A stretch of 63,033 nt of DNA, filler included, from Choristocarpus tenellus KU-1152 (lineage: Eukaryota; Protista; Phaeophyceae), in assembly GCA_964200185.2 (NCBI GenBank). It is 12 parts of 12 records of this genome, joined end to end, with 100 filler letters (N's around TTAATTAATTAA, not from the genome) between each part and the next. Parts side by side here need not be neighbours in the genome. Positions count along the whole stretch, not along the records: positions 1 to 4,073 come from CAXNAD020016367.1; positions 4,174 to 8,507 come from CAXNAD020015068.1; positions 8,608 to 14,290 come from CAXNAD020010027.1; 9 more parts are not named here. One strand, given 5' to 3'. Below are positions 1-14,290 of this stretch, one piece after another. Numbering within the stretch: position 1 is the stretch's first letter; the number at the start of each line of letters is the position of its first letter. The position numbers and the translations under genes were made by a program. Below the pieces are notes generated by a model. That model did no database searches and was not told the DNA's origin. It was given only the letters and a program-made list of their open reading frames with translations.

Positions 1-229
1 AACCTCGCTCGGTACCACGGTATAACGGTATATGGCATACGGCAACAACGGTATAATAAAAACAAACATGCTTTCCACATATACATACATATATTTTATT
101 ATGCCCTCTGACATTTTGCAGATGTGTCAGGAGGGAAACCTATTATTATTAAATATTATATACATGTATATCTGTATATATAATGCCTTCCAAAGTCACC
201 TCTATGTTAGCCATGTGAATCTTGTGGTT

Positions 230-930
230 CTGTGACGGAGGGACTGAAGCAGGTATCGGTTGCGAAGAGAATCACCAGGCAACATGAACAGTGGACCAGA
301 TGAATCATATGGACCAAAACGAACCGTATTTGAGAGGATTGGGTTAAGGTTAGACAAGTTGAAGTGTGCAGAGTGACGACAGGGGAGAGTCACGATTCAG
401 ATAGGGTAATTCTTAAAGGATCCTTCATTGATTGATTGCTCTCTGAATTACCCTCAGCTGTGGGTCTATACTACTTAATGACGTTTGTCACCAGGGTTCT
501 TGAAAATAACCTTGAACGGTATGACGGCAGACAATAAGAGCAATTTACAGTATGATAACAGGCAACCCTGCTTTCCACATGTATTGTCGATTTTCTATTA
601 TTTCGAAAAAATCATTTGTTATGCCATCTCTTACATAGTACACGTCTGCAAGGGGGGGGAGGAAACCAAGACCAAAACATCCTGACAAGGACTATAATAG
701 ATGCAACAATTGTTGACGATGCTGAGACACCTCCTTCGAAATATCTTCTGTCTGAAAACAAACAATACAACAATGTCCCCTTGAACACTGTTCTCTACAA
801 GTAATGTGTACACTTCTATGCTTCTAACGTAGCCCTATGAAGGTGGGTGAAGAGCTAGGGAAGCATACCCAGAATCTGTCAAGCCCTTTCTTTCTGCCAC
901 AGTGTATCTACCTTGAAATATATGACATGT
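230..930 (+). mobile_element. Decayed 3' end of a LINE-like retrotransposon
   Basis: Frameshifted HPDKDYNRCNNC..DDAET..KYLL at ~678-750 resembles the ORF2 C-terminal Cys/His finger. The stretch ~840-900 resembles 12480-12540, which is followed by a TA/TTA tail. Confidence 0.25.
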
Positions 931-1251
931 GCCGAGAGAGACACTTGTGCAGAGAATATATATAATTCAAACGAGACTTGACAGCCTCTTTCCTGCAATA
1001 CCCCCCAGCCCCTCTACCCCCTACTGTATGGGTGGTCAACTCATCCACGAAAATCTTTGCTTGCATGAAAAGACGCCCAAAAATCTCCACCATAAAGGTG
1101 TTCAGATTTAAATAATATAGAATCTCTTGGGCCTTGTAGTGGGTGCACCTTCGCGGCTCTGCCACAACATCAGCTGCACTGTTGCTGGTGGACGAGTGGG
1201 TCAAATGACAGCCTCCTTGGATATCTGCAAAGCATTTGTCCAAGAGTAGGT

Positions 1252-1436
1252 GGCTCAAAGTATCTGGGAGTGGTGGTGGTGGCTGTCCATTCGGGGTCCA
1301 TTTTTCCATGTAGAAATGTTTGGGTGATTTAGTTGCATGCATCGGATGGGTAATGTAAGTACACCTCTCCCGGTCAGGGCCCGAATGGACACCCTGGTGT
1401 AGCCCCCCCCCCACACACACACAGATAATTTGAGCC
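1252..1436. mobile_element. Non-autonomous TIR element, family B (complete short copy)
   Basis: Termini GGCTCAAAGTATCTG...CAGATAATTTGAGCC, with G-rich/C-rich subterminal tracts and TGTCCATT/AATGGACA inner inverted motifs. No TSD retained. Confidence 0.75.
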
Positions 1437-3269
1437 TCATCTGTTGTGTTGGTAAGTTCACATATTGTGTGTGTTTAATCTTGTTCGCTTGATTCCCTGC
1501 TCTCCTCTCTGTTGCCTCTTTTTGTTATATGGAATTTTCGATCTATGACAAAATGTGTTGATCATACGGAAGACGATAAGAAAATGTACAACAGTTCAAT
1601 GAATCGATGATCTTCCCCCGGCATATGGAAAACAAGGAGGTATTTCACCCAAGGAGAGCCAATCTCTACAGGGGGAACAACCCTACATCTAACTAATGAC
1701 TTAATAGTGACCGAAGAGAGACCGAAATTTTTTATGTCGTTTCCTATGGCTATGGGCCCGAAAATATCAACCGTGTACGAGATAATATATCAACCAAATA
1801 ATCGTTTATTCAATATGTGATATTTCAAACTCTATTTTACGCTTGTTCCTCCATAGTACTTTCGACCATAAACCAAACACCATTTGGTTTAACAAGGACC
1901 ATTCGCCACAACACCAAATGTTTCATGTCTAAGATTTCTCCATCTGAAGATAAAGATAATGAAAATTGATTTTTTATTTACTCATGTCGTTCCCCAACAA
2001 TCGTTGGCGGCACAATAATTCCTCGGAAAAGTACAATGAGGAAAAGTCCCGAAGTGAAAGTTGGACTTACAAACGCACTAGTATGTATGGGGTATGGTTG
2101 AAAAGATACTCTGTTTAGCGAACCCTAACCTATCTACGGAGCAAAGCCGGTGTCATAAGCCCCATCCCCCAGTGATCGTAAAGGTGACGAAAAGAACATT
2201 GTCAACCCGATATTGTAATAATGGGAATGTTGACTCGGGAAAGTAATATTTATCTCCTCTCGAAATATTGTTCCTTTTGACTCACCTTTTCGCTTTTCTC
2301 CAATATTACCTTTTCGGGTTATGGATAATGGAATCATGGTTAATGTCGTCTAGAACTATCGTAATTCCAAAATATCACAAAATTACAAAAAGACAATTGA
2401 ACTGATTGAAGAAATTACTCATCCTTTGGTCTGATTACCTACTGGAGACACCTAGACGATTGCATGGGTTATTATTAGCAAAACAACATTGGTTACATGT
2501 TCGTCATGGCTAAGACTGTTACAGCACGCTCCATAACTTACCTTCGCGGGATGTATAGCTCCATTTCACAAGCCTACATATAATGCTGATGAACGTACAG
2601 GACTCCTGATGCACAAGTCGTCAAGTATGCTGGATGTCTCACACGGATTATTCTGTTCTCAAGTAGCAATGTCATCGTATAAAATGAACTGGTCAACAGT
2701 GTCTTATCCATATCGAGGATCATAATTGCCAAAAAATAGTCAAGAAGTACAATTTTTTTAAATCTAGGACTTCAAGGTCATAATGGGGTTTATGAAACCG
2801 CCATTAAGACATATCACCTGTAACAAGACTGGAATGAATAAATAGAGGTCTAGATGGGTATGATGCATATTTCACAGGCAGAACATCACAATAAAGCGTT
2901 AATTCAGGCATTGTATGGGTGGTGCTATGATATGCTGAGCCCACAGAATGGAGCATGAATCACTTGCTCACTTTCCCAGGCAGGTTTGTTACTACACCTA
3001 ACCCTGCTGGCTACATCTACCTTTCCTGTAATATTCCTTATTAGCAAGTTCTTAGTCTTGTCTGTATGGAGTTTGGAAGTCTACTCGGAGGTGACAATAC
3101 ACTTCGTAGATACAAATGATCTTATCTCAGAGAGGGGGGTATATTGATATCCGTTTGAGTACCTTTTTTGTTAACCTTCTTGATGAAATCACTCCCACTC
3201 CATGATGCCTGAAATGTCAGTAACTTCACCTAAGAGGACGTGGTTGTAGAAGAGAAGACAACTGTTTTA

Positions 3270-3690
3270 TCCACATAAGCTTGAGATCGCCCTTCGGAGT
3301 GGTAGAAGTGCACGAGCCAAGAGCCAGTCACTGGGGCCCCAATTAGGCAACGACACCCTTGATTTTCGTAATTGTTTCTAATGATATTAACGCTGCTAGG
3401 GTTAGGGCTAGGATTAGGGTTAGAGGTGGTTGAGGGGGATTGCTGTGGCAAACTCAGGCCTTCTGGGTGACCTTGATTAGTAGTTGTCGTCCTATATTCC
3501 TTTCATATTTGAAAAGAGCATCTATTGGATGAGCTTTCAGACATGTGCATTCAGTTAAAATGCAACGCTGCAGACAGACACAGTATAGACCCGTGTTTCG
3601 GGCCAGATTTACAAGGGGACTGACAAGTTTGATTGCCTTAGAGGCACCAAAAATGGTAATGCTGATATCGTCACAGAAATCAGATGATAG
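3270..3690 (-). mobile_element. Possible decayed APE endonuclease region of a LINE
   Basis: LVNLARNTGLYCVCLQR resembles the APE D(I/V)xCLQE motif. Downstream ..GV.. and HSEGR resemble the GVAIL/EGR motifs. Frameshifted. Confidence 0.25.
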
Positions 3691-4045
3691 GTCCAAGAGT
3701 CCTGAGGAGTAAAAGTAGGAGCAGAAGTAGGTTAAGCAGAACAGGGCACATGTATATTCATCGCTGCCTGCAGAATGTAGGTGTTCTCATTGCTCTCTGT
3801 TCTAGGGTCGAGTACTCCTGTGCCCTGTCCCACCGTGTGATATGTGATGGGTGAGGTTCGGATGGATGGACCATCTGATATTGAAATTTAACTTTATATT
3901 CCCCAAAGACCTAGTGATGGTGACGGCCTTGACGACGTTCCGGTCCAACTATCTATCCAAACATTTGGGTGCTATGAAGTAGTGAGTAATGCCTGGACCT
4001 TTTGTTTGGCTGCTCCTCTATTCAACTAAATCGACTTATCTTTTT

Positions 4046-4073
4046 GGGTCAAAGTATCTTGGGGGGGGGGGGG
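4046..4073. mobile_element. Family B TIR end cut by a contig edge; other ends at 8405-8507, 14391-14439, 41507-41576, 41677-41745, 45173-45274, 45375-45430, 53934-53953, 60400-60422; degenerate copy 43543-43790
   Basis: Shared terminus G(G/A)(G/C)TCAAAGTATCT followed by a G-run and, where sequence extends far enough, TGTCCATT. Confidence 0.8.
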
Positions 4074-4173
4074 NNNNNNNNNNNNNNNNNNNNNNNNNNN
4101 NNNNNNNNNNNNNNNNNTTAATTAATTAANNNNNNNNNNNNNNNNNNNNNNNNNNNNNNNNNNNNNNNNNNNN
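4074..4173. other. Artificial contig spacer (44 N + TTAATTAATTAA + 44 N); identical copies at 8508-8607, 14291-14390, 25496-25595, 28912-29011, 33173-33272, 41577-41676, 45275-45374, 48349-48448, 53954-54053, 60423-60522
   Basis: Eleven identical 100-bp blocks with stop codons in all six frames. No gene could be continued across any of them. Confidence 0.97.
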
Positions 4174-4208
4174 AGGAATAAATCACAGTGTTCAGTGTTC
4201 AACATTCA

Positions 4209-4245
4209 ACCCTAACCCTAACCCTAACCCTAACCCTAACCCTAA
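4209..4245. repeat. Interstitial telomeric repeat (CCCTAA)6
   Basis: Perfect hexamer array with unique sequence on both sides. Confidence 0.9.
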
Positions 4246-4352
4246 ACATGCTATAGTTCAACATCACAAGACTGCAGTACCAGATCAACACTAGTACCTC
4301 CAACGAAAAGTCTTCATTATAGGGTTAGGGTTGGATCATCAAGACCACTTGC

Positions 4353-6295
<1,943 letters not shown>

Positions 6296-6920
6296 TTACA
6301 TCACAAAATAGGGCGTATCGTACAGATGCAAAAACGATTTGGAGAGCTTGGTACAAGTTGTCACAGTGTACTTACTGTATGCTATGGTCCTACAATCAGC
6401 ACTTTTGTTAGCCTGGGCACTTATCATGACTAGGGTCTGGGTCATGGTGATGGGCAAGCATTTGACACTTGCACATGTTGATAAGTTGACCACAATGAAT
6501 GAAAAATATATATATACTCAGCTGTCACTGTTAAGAAGGATCGGTCTACCCCATCAAAAAATGATACAGAGAATACCAAATACACACGGGGAAAAGTGTG
6601 TTTTTCTGTTTCTGTTCTGTATCCCCTTGGCCACCCCCTTCCCAGCCAATTTGGTAGATTCATCAAGATCAGATTGGGTTGTCCTTGTATCACTTATGCT
6701 ATGAAGTGGCTGCAGACTGTACAGCAGATTTGTCTGGGTACAACCTCTGATAACCCTGGTCAAGTAGGAAAATATTTGAGCCTCTCTGATCCATAGGTCA
6801 GACAGGTTTTAGTGGATCTGATCTGGGCAAGATTTTTTAACCGGGCCAGACTTTTTTTTTATTATCTGTTTCATTGGTCCATTTGAACTTGCCCAGCGTG
6901 ATGAAAAGCACTGATCACAA

Positions 6921-7179
6921 GAGTGAGAGTATCTTAGAGAGTACGAATTTTGTCCTGTTTGTCCATGTGGGGATTGGCTTACAATGGGTTTTTATTGACA
7001 TTTTTACCTACTCCAAAATGTTTCGGAGTAGGAAAAATGTATACGTCATGAAAAGGAGAGTCCAGACAAGGATATTGACATCTCCTAACAAACATGATAG
7101 TTAAAATTACATCAAAATTGCAACATTAGATTTTGGTCCTCAAATGGACGTGGCTGTACCCTCTAGGATACTTTGGCTC
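6921..7179. mobile_element. MITE family A, 259 bp, Sola2-like
   Basis: TIRs GAGTGAGAGTATCTTAGAGAGTAC / GTACCCTCTAGGATACTTTGGCTC. Perfect 4-bp TSD ACAA (6917-6920, 7180-7183). Confidence 0.92.
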
Positions 7180-9159
7180 ACAATTCGTTTCATAGATAAA
7201 ATGAAGATTCTAGGACTGACACACAGAAAATATGGAAAAAAGTATTGAGAAATAGAAGTGATAGCATAAACAGCACACGTGACTCATTTTCACTACAGTA
7301 TTGCGATTAATGCGGGCATGCCACCCCATCATTACCTTGAAACCTGTTGAAAACTGCAATGTAGTGTGATTCTCTAAGGAGACTTGTTCAATTATCAGGG
7401 ATGAAGAAGTGTGTTGTGACTGTGTTTATTAGATTGCCTTTTTAAAGCACTGCTAACAAGCTTAGGGTTAGGGGTTTATTAGAGCACTAGGGGGCTTGCA
7501 TCTCATGTATCTCCTCATGCTGGAAGAAAAATAGTGATGCTGAAAGTAATGTCATTCAACCCAACTTCAGCATTTACCTGCATATCTTATTCTAGAGTTC
7601 TTATCAACTTGACCTTTGGAAGTAACATAGATTTAGTAGTGTCCCACAATGCCTGTGATTTAGCAACTAGCTGCAGTACTACCAAGTTTGAGAGATAAGC
7701 CACAACTTGTACCAGCTGACAGAGTATGAATATGAGCACAGGTTGATATTAGTGATGTCTCATTGAGAGAACCAAGGGAAAAGGAGATCTTCCCAGGGCA
7801 AAACCCAGCAGAATAAACTATCATTTGGGTACGTTTCCACCCCCTGGTTAGATAACAATGCAGAGAACACTGGATCCTCTTGATTCTACAGTATAGCCAC
7901 CAAGAATGCACCAAATCACTGTTTCTGCAAGCCCACAACTACAACACAATCTATTGTATTTTTCACTTCAACTGCAAACCTCATACCCATTCAAGTTTTC
8001 AATCAAAGATTGAAAATATGAAGATCAGATAAAAAGTCTTGAGTGAAAAAGGTTTCAAGGTCTTTAATGTATAGACTAGAGTGGATCAACTCTTTTGTTT
8101 TTTGAACTTGCACAAATATAAATATACACACCTTAACCTGTCTCAATTCCATCATCCCTTATCTATCCCTTTCTAGGTCAGGTCTCTAATGCTCACCGCT
8201 TCCTCTCTGCTTCCGTGATTGACATGGTGGCCGGAAATTGGCGCATTAAGACTCCATTTCCTGTGACAAGATCCCCCCCTTCCCCCATACTCAAGTTGCC
8301 TAGACTCTCGTCGTTGACTTCTCTTATTCTCCGTTGCACTTCCATCTCCACCTATCACAAGGGAAGTAGGAATTTAGCATTTACACTACACAGGCTGATA
8401 CAACGGGTCAAAGTATCTGGGGGGGGGGGGGTGGTGGCTGTCCATTTTGAGCAAAAATTTTCACGTCGCGCTTTTTGGGTGATTTGGTTCCATACGTTGG
8501 AGGAATANNNNNNNNNNNNNNNNNNNNNNNNNNNNNNNNNNNNNNNNNNNNTTAATTAATTAANNNNNNNNNNNNNNNNNNNNNNNNNNNNNNNNNNNNN
8601 NNNNNNNCCCCATGCACTGGGGACATTGTATGTACACATCGATGCATAGGGGGGGGGGGGGAGGAGGGGGAGGAGGAGGAGGAGGAGGAGGAGGAGGAAC
8701 GTAGGCGGTTCAGGGAACGATGTAGTAATAGATTGTTTATGTTGTTGGTATTGACGTGACGTCTGTTATTATTCCTATTTAATATTTTCCAAACCCCTCT
8801 TCTTGTTTTACGAGGGGGTGGGGGGATGGTACTAGCATTCCATTTTCATTATTATATTATTATTCTTATCACAGAATGTTATCACAGCGTTTGAATTTCC
8901 ATAATTTGGTTTCTTTTTTTCTATCTCAATACGCCCAAGCCTCTCTCTTAATAACATTTCTGCTTTTTTTCCTTCTATAATTTTTTTTTGTCTTTGGAAA
9001 AAAAATGAGGGGAGGGGGGCTCGAGCATTTCGCAAACTGTTCTCTACCTCCATAATAGTCATCTGTAAAAACAATCCAGCACCACACTGCATCATACATC
9101 AAACATTAATGTACGTCAGTCAACATCTTTTTTTAAATGACTGCAAATAACAGTTTCAC

Positions 9160-11653
9160 CTTGCTCTTTCCGCCCTCATCCTTGTAGAACGGCTCATCAA
9201 CCTGTGGGCCAAGAGTCAGCATATACTTATGCAGGGTGAACTCCGGACTGCTACCACTCAGTTGTAGGCCATTCCCTAGTCCCTGGTCCTGTTCACTGGT
9301 GACCCTCACCCGAACTTTGTGACCTTATTTTTTTTATTATTATTCCAAAAAGAAGCGGTCAAGGTAAAATTTAGTAAGGCACTGGGCGTTGTAGTGTAGA
9401 GTGGGCAAAGAAGTACCTACTTATTTATTTTTATAATTCAAAAAAAATTTAAGCTGTTGAGGTATACAGTAAAGTACTGGGACGTTGTAATGTAAAGTAG
9501 GTGAAGCAGCACCTACCTCTTCCGGCAGTCAGGCATTATGCATCTTTTCTGCAAGTGAAAATCAAACGCCAACTCACAGGCTTTGCACAATCTCAAAAAA
9601 AGAAAAAAATCCAGCATTTTCTGTCATTATTTTCAAAAAATGACTACTTTTATAACTGCATTCTCATTTATGTAGAATATTATATTTTACAGTACTTCAT
9701 CCATTCAGCATCATTTGAAACAGTTTGCAGGGATGAGGAAACTACATCAGGAAGGCATTTCTTGCAGCTTGGCAACCGGCGGAGTAGAATGGGAAGACTA
9801 AGTTGCGTTTGCAGAGATTTTGAGGTGACCCCGTATCAATAATGATTTTTTCAACACCTTGATAAAGTACAGAACAAATCTTATACAATCTTGTGCATGT
9901 ACCTAAAACCCTACACCACAAACCGTTCTAATTTATGCTGAACAGAGGAAACAGCATACTCGAATTTGATGATTCATTCCAAACATAAATTCTTACCAAT
10001 GGCCTCATAATGTTTTTTAACCATTGCCATGAACTGCACGACCTAAGGGGAAAGATAGGATCAAACAACAGAAACTTAACAGAATGTTCTGAAATTTAGG
10101 ATTTTATTGACTAAAAAAAAAATCGCAACTGTTGAGTTGAGTTTCTACCTGAGTATTCTCCTCTTTTGTATCGTAACTAAAAAAAAAAGGTAGGGCCAAG
10201 CTGCGTACGCCTTCTCAATCGGGTCATCCTCTTGAGCTTTATTGTCTTCCCAATGCACATGTACAATACAAGTGAGCACATACATATTCGCACACAAAAT
10301 ATATATATACTATATATATACGCGTAACACATTTACCGAAAGAAGGGTGAAAATTACAAAATAAGTAAGGCATCACAGGAAGTAAGTTTGGAACAACAAA
10401 ATCAAAGAGCAACATGTATGGTAAATTATGTTACCGCTTGATCCGCCCACTGTCATTGAAAACAATATATATATATATAGAAGGGACATGAATTGAGTTC
10501 AACCTATAGCAGGCAAGAGCAGAGTTACTCTGTATTTTACAGAAAAAAAGATGTTTTACAAAATTTCTTGCCACGATACACAAAAAAAATTGAAAGAGAT
10601 ATTGAAGTTGCTCGAATAGTAGGCGCGGTACATTCCGACTTACGTTGACTGCATGCACAGCTTGGCCACAGTAGTTTTTTCTTCTTCTCTTCAAGGAGTA
10701 TGGCGTATAGCGGCAAATGACTTGAGATGGACACAAAACAAATCGTCCATACAAAAAGTAAGAAGATAGGTGAGCTACGTGCGATGAAAAATTTTTGTCG
10801 CCATCAATTAGTTAGTACAAAAATAAATCTACTTAACATCTATATTTTAAAAAGAATGTAACACTGTTGCTGAAACGCTCTATGTGCAGTATCAGTCCTC
10901 CAGTACATCACACTGTGGTGCAATAACTGTTTCCGACCGTGGCACTTCACAGATTAAGAAATAAACGGATTCAAAGTAGAAGTACCAACTCACCGTGGAT
11001 GGCACTTTCTTCTGCAATAATGTTGAACTTGACCACTCCATTCATTATAACCGGGGTGGTGTCGCCCTTGTTCCCACTACCACCTCTAGAACCACCCCCG
11101 ACCCCATTCTCGCCCGCAGAAGAAACACATTGGATTGTTACGCCAGACGATGACTCCGCCTTAACTGGGGATTGGAATTCCTCCTCCAACCAAACCTATT
11201 TCCTCCACAACAGGTGGCATGGTGAAGGGGTGTATCATGCGTACATGGGTTGCAGATTAGCACACAGGGAGGGCCAAGTTCTTGGTAAGGTAAAGAGGTA
11301 GGGTTTAAGGACTTCGAGGATGAAGGGGGGTACGATTAGAATGAAATCCAAAATAATCAGTCAAAATGAACCGTGGATTGTTGATGGGGTCTTCAATGTA
11401 GAGGAACTAGAAAGAGGGGGATGAGGAGTGTGTTCCACACCCTCTACTAATCACTCATTGGTAAATCAAAGATTAGCACATATAGCGTAAAAGGTGAGTA
11501 GTCAGTCATGATAATACGCACCTGCAACGATATATTTGAAGCATGCTGCAACTCGTTGTCCTTCATTAGAAAAACTTCGACAGGGATGGGCTGTGAAAGA
11601 AAGGAGGCTTCCTCTGGGACACGGACATCCAGTTGGCATCCTAGCAGTGCCAT
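9160..11653 (-). CDS. Uncharacterised stramenopile-type protein with FYKDEGG motif, 5' part; exons ~11522-11653, ~10994-11195, ~9160-9323
   Basis: Phase-compatible GT-AG exons give MALLGCQLDVRVP...NISLQ|VWLEEE...VKFNIIAEESAIHG|HKVRVRVTSEQ...FTLHKYMLTLGPQVDEPFYKDEGGKSK with no stops. Confidence 0.7.
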
Positions 11654-12799
11654 ATTGTTCGTTCGGGACCTCGATGTGCTCCTACGATGAAAATATAATT
11701 CAGGCCGAAGGATAGGAGGAGACGTTGCAATTATGACGCATGGCATTTGAGTGGACAGGTTGTTGGTTCATTGAACGGGGTTTGTGATCAGGTGCAAACA
11801 TATCCGGAGAAACGTGACGAAGTAGTGCATTCTTACATTAACATCTTCACACACCTCATCAATAGTAACTGAGTCAGATCGTTGGTCTTCAACACTGACC
11901 ACTTCACCCTCGCTACTCGCAGACGCAAGTTCTCTGGGAACAAATATCATGGGGCGGATGTCTTGTTGATTGGTTGAAGCAAGCAAAGTTTCGCCTCCAA
12001 CTAGTGGAACGAACGATTATGTCGAGATAGGCCGCTATGTGGACTCTAGTTCCTACAATAGACAGTGGAATGTCACCTCTTGTTGTCGAGTGGGGTTCAC
12101 TGTGGATGGTGGTGATCTTGTTGCCTTTTCTATTGTTTCTGGCAATTGGGTATCGCTGAGAAGAGTCGGGGACCACGCACGTTTGGAAAGATGTTAAATA
12201 CTCTCTACAATTGATTATATCATGTGTGAAATTGTAGAGATTTGCGTATGACGTATGAAGGTTGCCGTAGGATAAAATATACAATAAAATTATGACATTT
12301 TGGAAATGTGTTAGGGAAAAAAAGGATGAAAACTATTCATTCACATGTCAGAAAAATCGTTGAAATAGTAAAAGTTGTGATAAATAATGTGAAAAACATG
12401 ATCTATTTACTATTTTACTATTATTACCTATCCTGTACCACTGCCTTCCTGTGCCTCCAACCTACCTTATCCCTGTACCCAGGGTGAGGAAGGGAACCAT
12501 CCCAAGAATCTAACAAGCCCCTCCTTCCCCATCTCCCTAGTGTCTCCAGGTCTATATATATATTATTTTTTATTATTCTTCTTTGTGACATTTTACGTGT
12601 GAAAGGAAAAATCTACTCGATTATGACTAGTGACATGTTCCACAAATTTTATTAACTGTGTTATGGTCTGATTCTTTGTGATGTGGGGTGATGAGAACCA
12701 TCAGAAGTGAGGTTCAGAAAGGAAGTGAGAGATCAGATTGAGGCATGCTGGACTCGTCTGTGTCGGGGTTACCGCGAGCCGTTCGTGCGTCTGACCCAC

Positions 12800-13640
12800 A
12801 CCATATCACTTCGATTCGCCTCGATAGGAAAACGTGGCGCGCGCAAATGTGTATGACAGAGCGCATTATCCTCATCAATGTCAAGACAACATCCCAAAAA
12901 GGGGGCCTGTTTCTGACATATCATACACTCTGAAATCATACAAAAAGGTGTGACAAGAAAACAAAAAACAAAAACAAACCAAAACAACATGACGAGGACT
13001 TCCCCCTAACGCGTGAGTAGCCAACTCATCATCCAGAAAACTTTCTGCTCGCTTACCGAGCCACCCAAAACTTTCCACCGCAAAGGTGTCGAGGTTAAAA
13101 CTACGAGGGTCAAAAGAACTCTTACAGTGGGTGTGCTTTCACACCTCTGCTGCAGCAGCAGCTACATCATTGTTGGTGGATGAGTAGGGTAGATGGGCGG
13201 CTCTGATTGCATTTATCCAAACGCAAGATCTAGGAGGAGCCCATGGAGAGCTGATCCGGCATCCTCAAGTGCATCAGCATGGAAGACCACATCAATGCGG
13301 AAACTCCGGTGAATGGGCTACCACCGTCCTCCATAGTGCAAGGGATGGCCATTCCTTTGCAGAGTGACCCACGGACACTTCACCATCGGTATGTGTTCGC
13401 GGACCTGTCTCTCTGGCCTAGAGCAGGTACGAGCATGTCTAGTGTCCACATTATGCCTCCTGCACCCAGCCACTGGGCACCTGTTGGATAGACCCTCCTC
13501 CCTCCCTAGGGATCTGCTGGCAGTGAGTCTAAACTCTATGGGAGGGATCTGACTTGCTGATTCCAGGGGTTGTGTGGAGGCCTATGCATTTTGTTCAATA
13601 GTATCGCATAGGAAAGGCCTGTCGCCAGGAACTACTAGTT
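12800..13640 (-). mobile_element. Decayed non-LTR retrotransposon, 3' Zn-finger plus restriction-like endonuclease (RLE) region
   Basis: IPPIEFRLTASRSLGREEGLSNRCPVAGC...TRHARTC...H, then FRIDVV, AAAAAEV*KHTH and SFDPRSFNLDTFAVESFGWLGKRAESFLD. This motif order is typical of RLE-clade elements of brown algae. Stops and frameshifts present. Confidence 0.75.
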
Positions 13641-14138
13641 GGGTTACATGGTGAACATATACTTATTTACTCATTAACCGACAACCTTCTGTCTTATTCA
13701 TTCTTATCACTGACGTATGACCAAAGACAGACTCATCTTACCGTTACATACGTGACTACTTTGTATTGTACCGACCTAAAGATAAAAGTACATGAAACGG
13801 TGTTATATGCATGTATCAGCACGCACAACATAAGTATAACACTGGTTATTCGACATCCTCTCCTTGCTGAAAACAAGCATGAGTTCCTTACTAATGACAA
13901 CAAAATTTACACACACACACATGTTATCCCACTACGTGCTCATCAAAAATTTCACATGTTGTTGTCTGAAAATCCTTACTGGCCAATTTTTGGTCAACAA
14001 TTCTGCCCTCTGGTTTGCAGAACCAACAAAAACAGCACAAAACTCTTTTTTTCGAGCTAGGTCCCTAAAAAAATTATACCGGGCATCAATGTGCTTTGTT
14101 CTAGTAGAGGCTGTGGCATTGCGTACTAGTTTGCATCC

Positions 14139-14290
14139 GAGTTAAAGTATCTTAGAGGGTACGGGTTTTGTTACAGGCGAATAGCGTGAGCTTTTCTTCT
14201 TGTATTTCAACGAAGTGCAAACGTTTGTCACACGCGAATAGCGCGAGCATTTTCTTGTTATGTTTCAGGAAATATGAATATTTGTAACAG
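14139..14290. mobile_element. TIR element family C (near-identical TIR to family A, different interior), truncated by contig edge
   Basis: GAGTTAAAGTATCTTAGAGGGTACGGG followed by repeated subterminal motif TTGTYACA-GCGAATAGCGYGAGC. Confidence 0.7.

Noticed and set aside
1600-1900. Integrase-like VDIFGP on the minus strand
   Set aside because: Needs a frameshift, and no following D or E motifs could be found.
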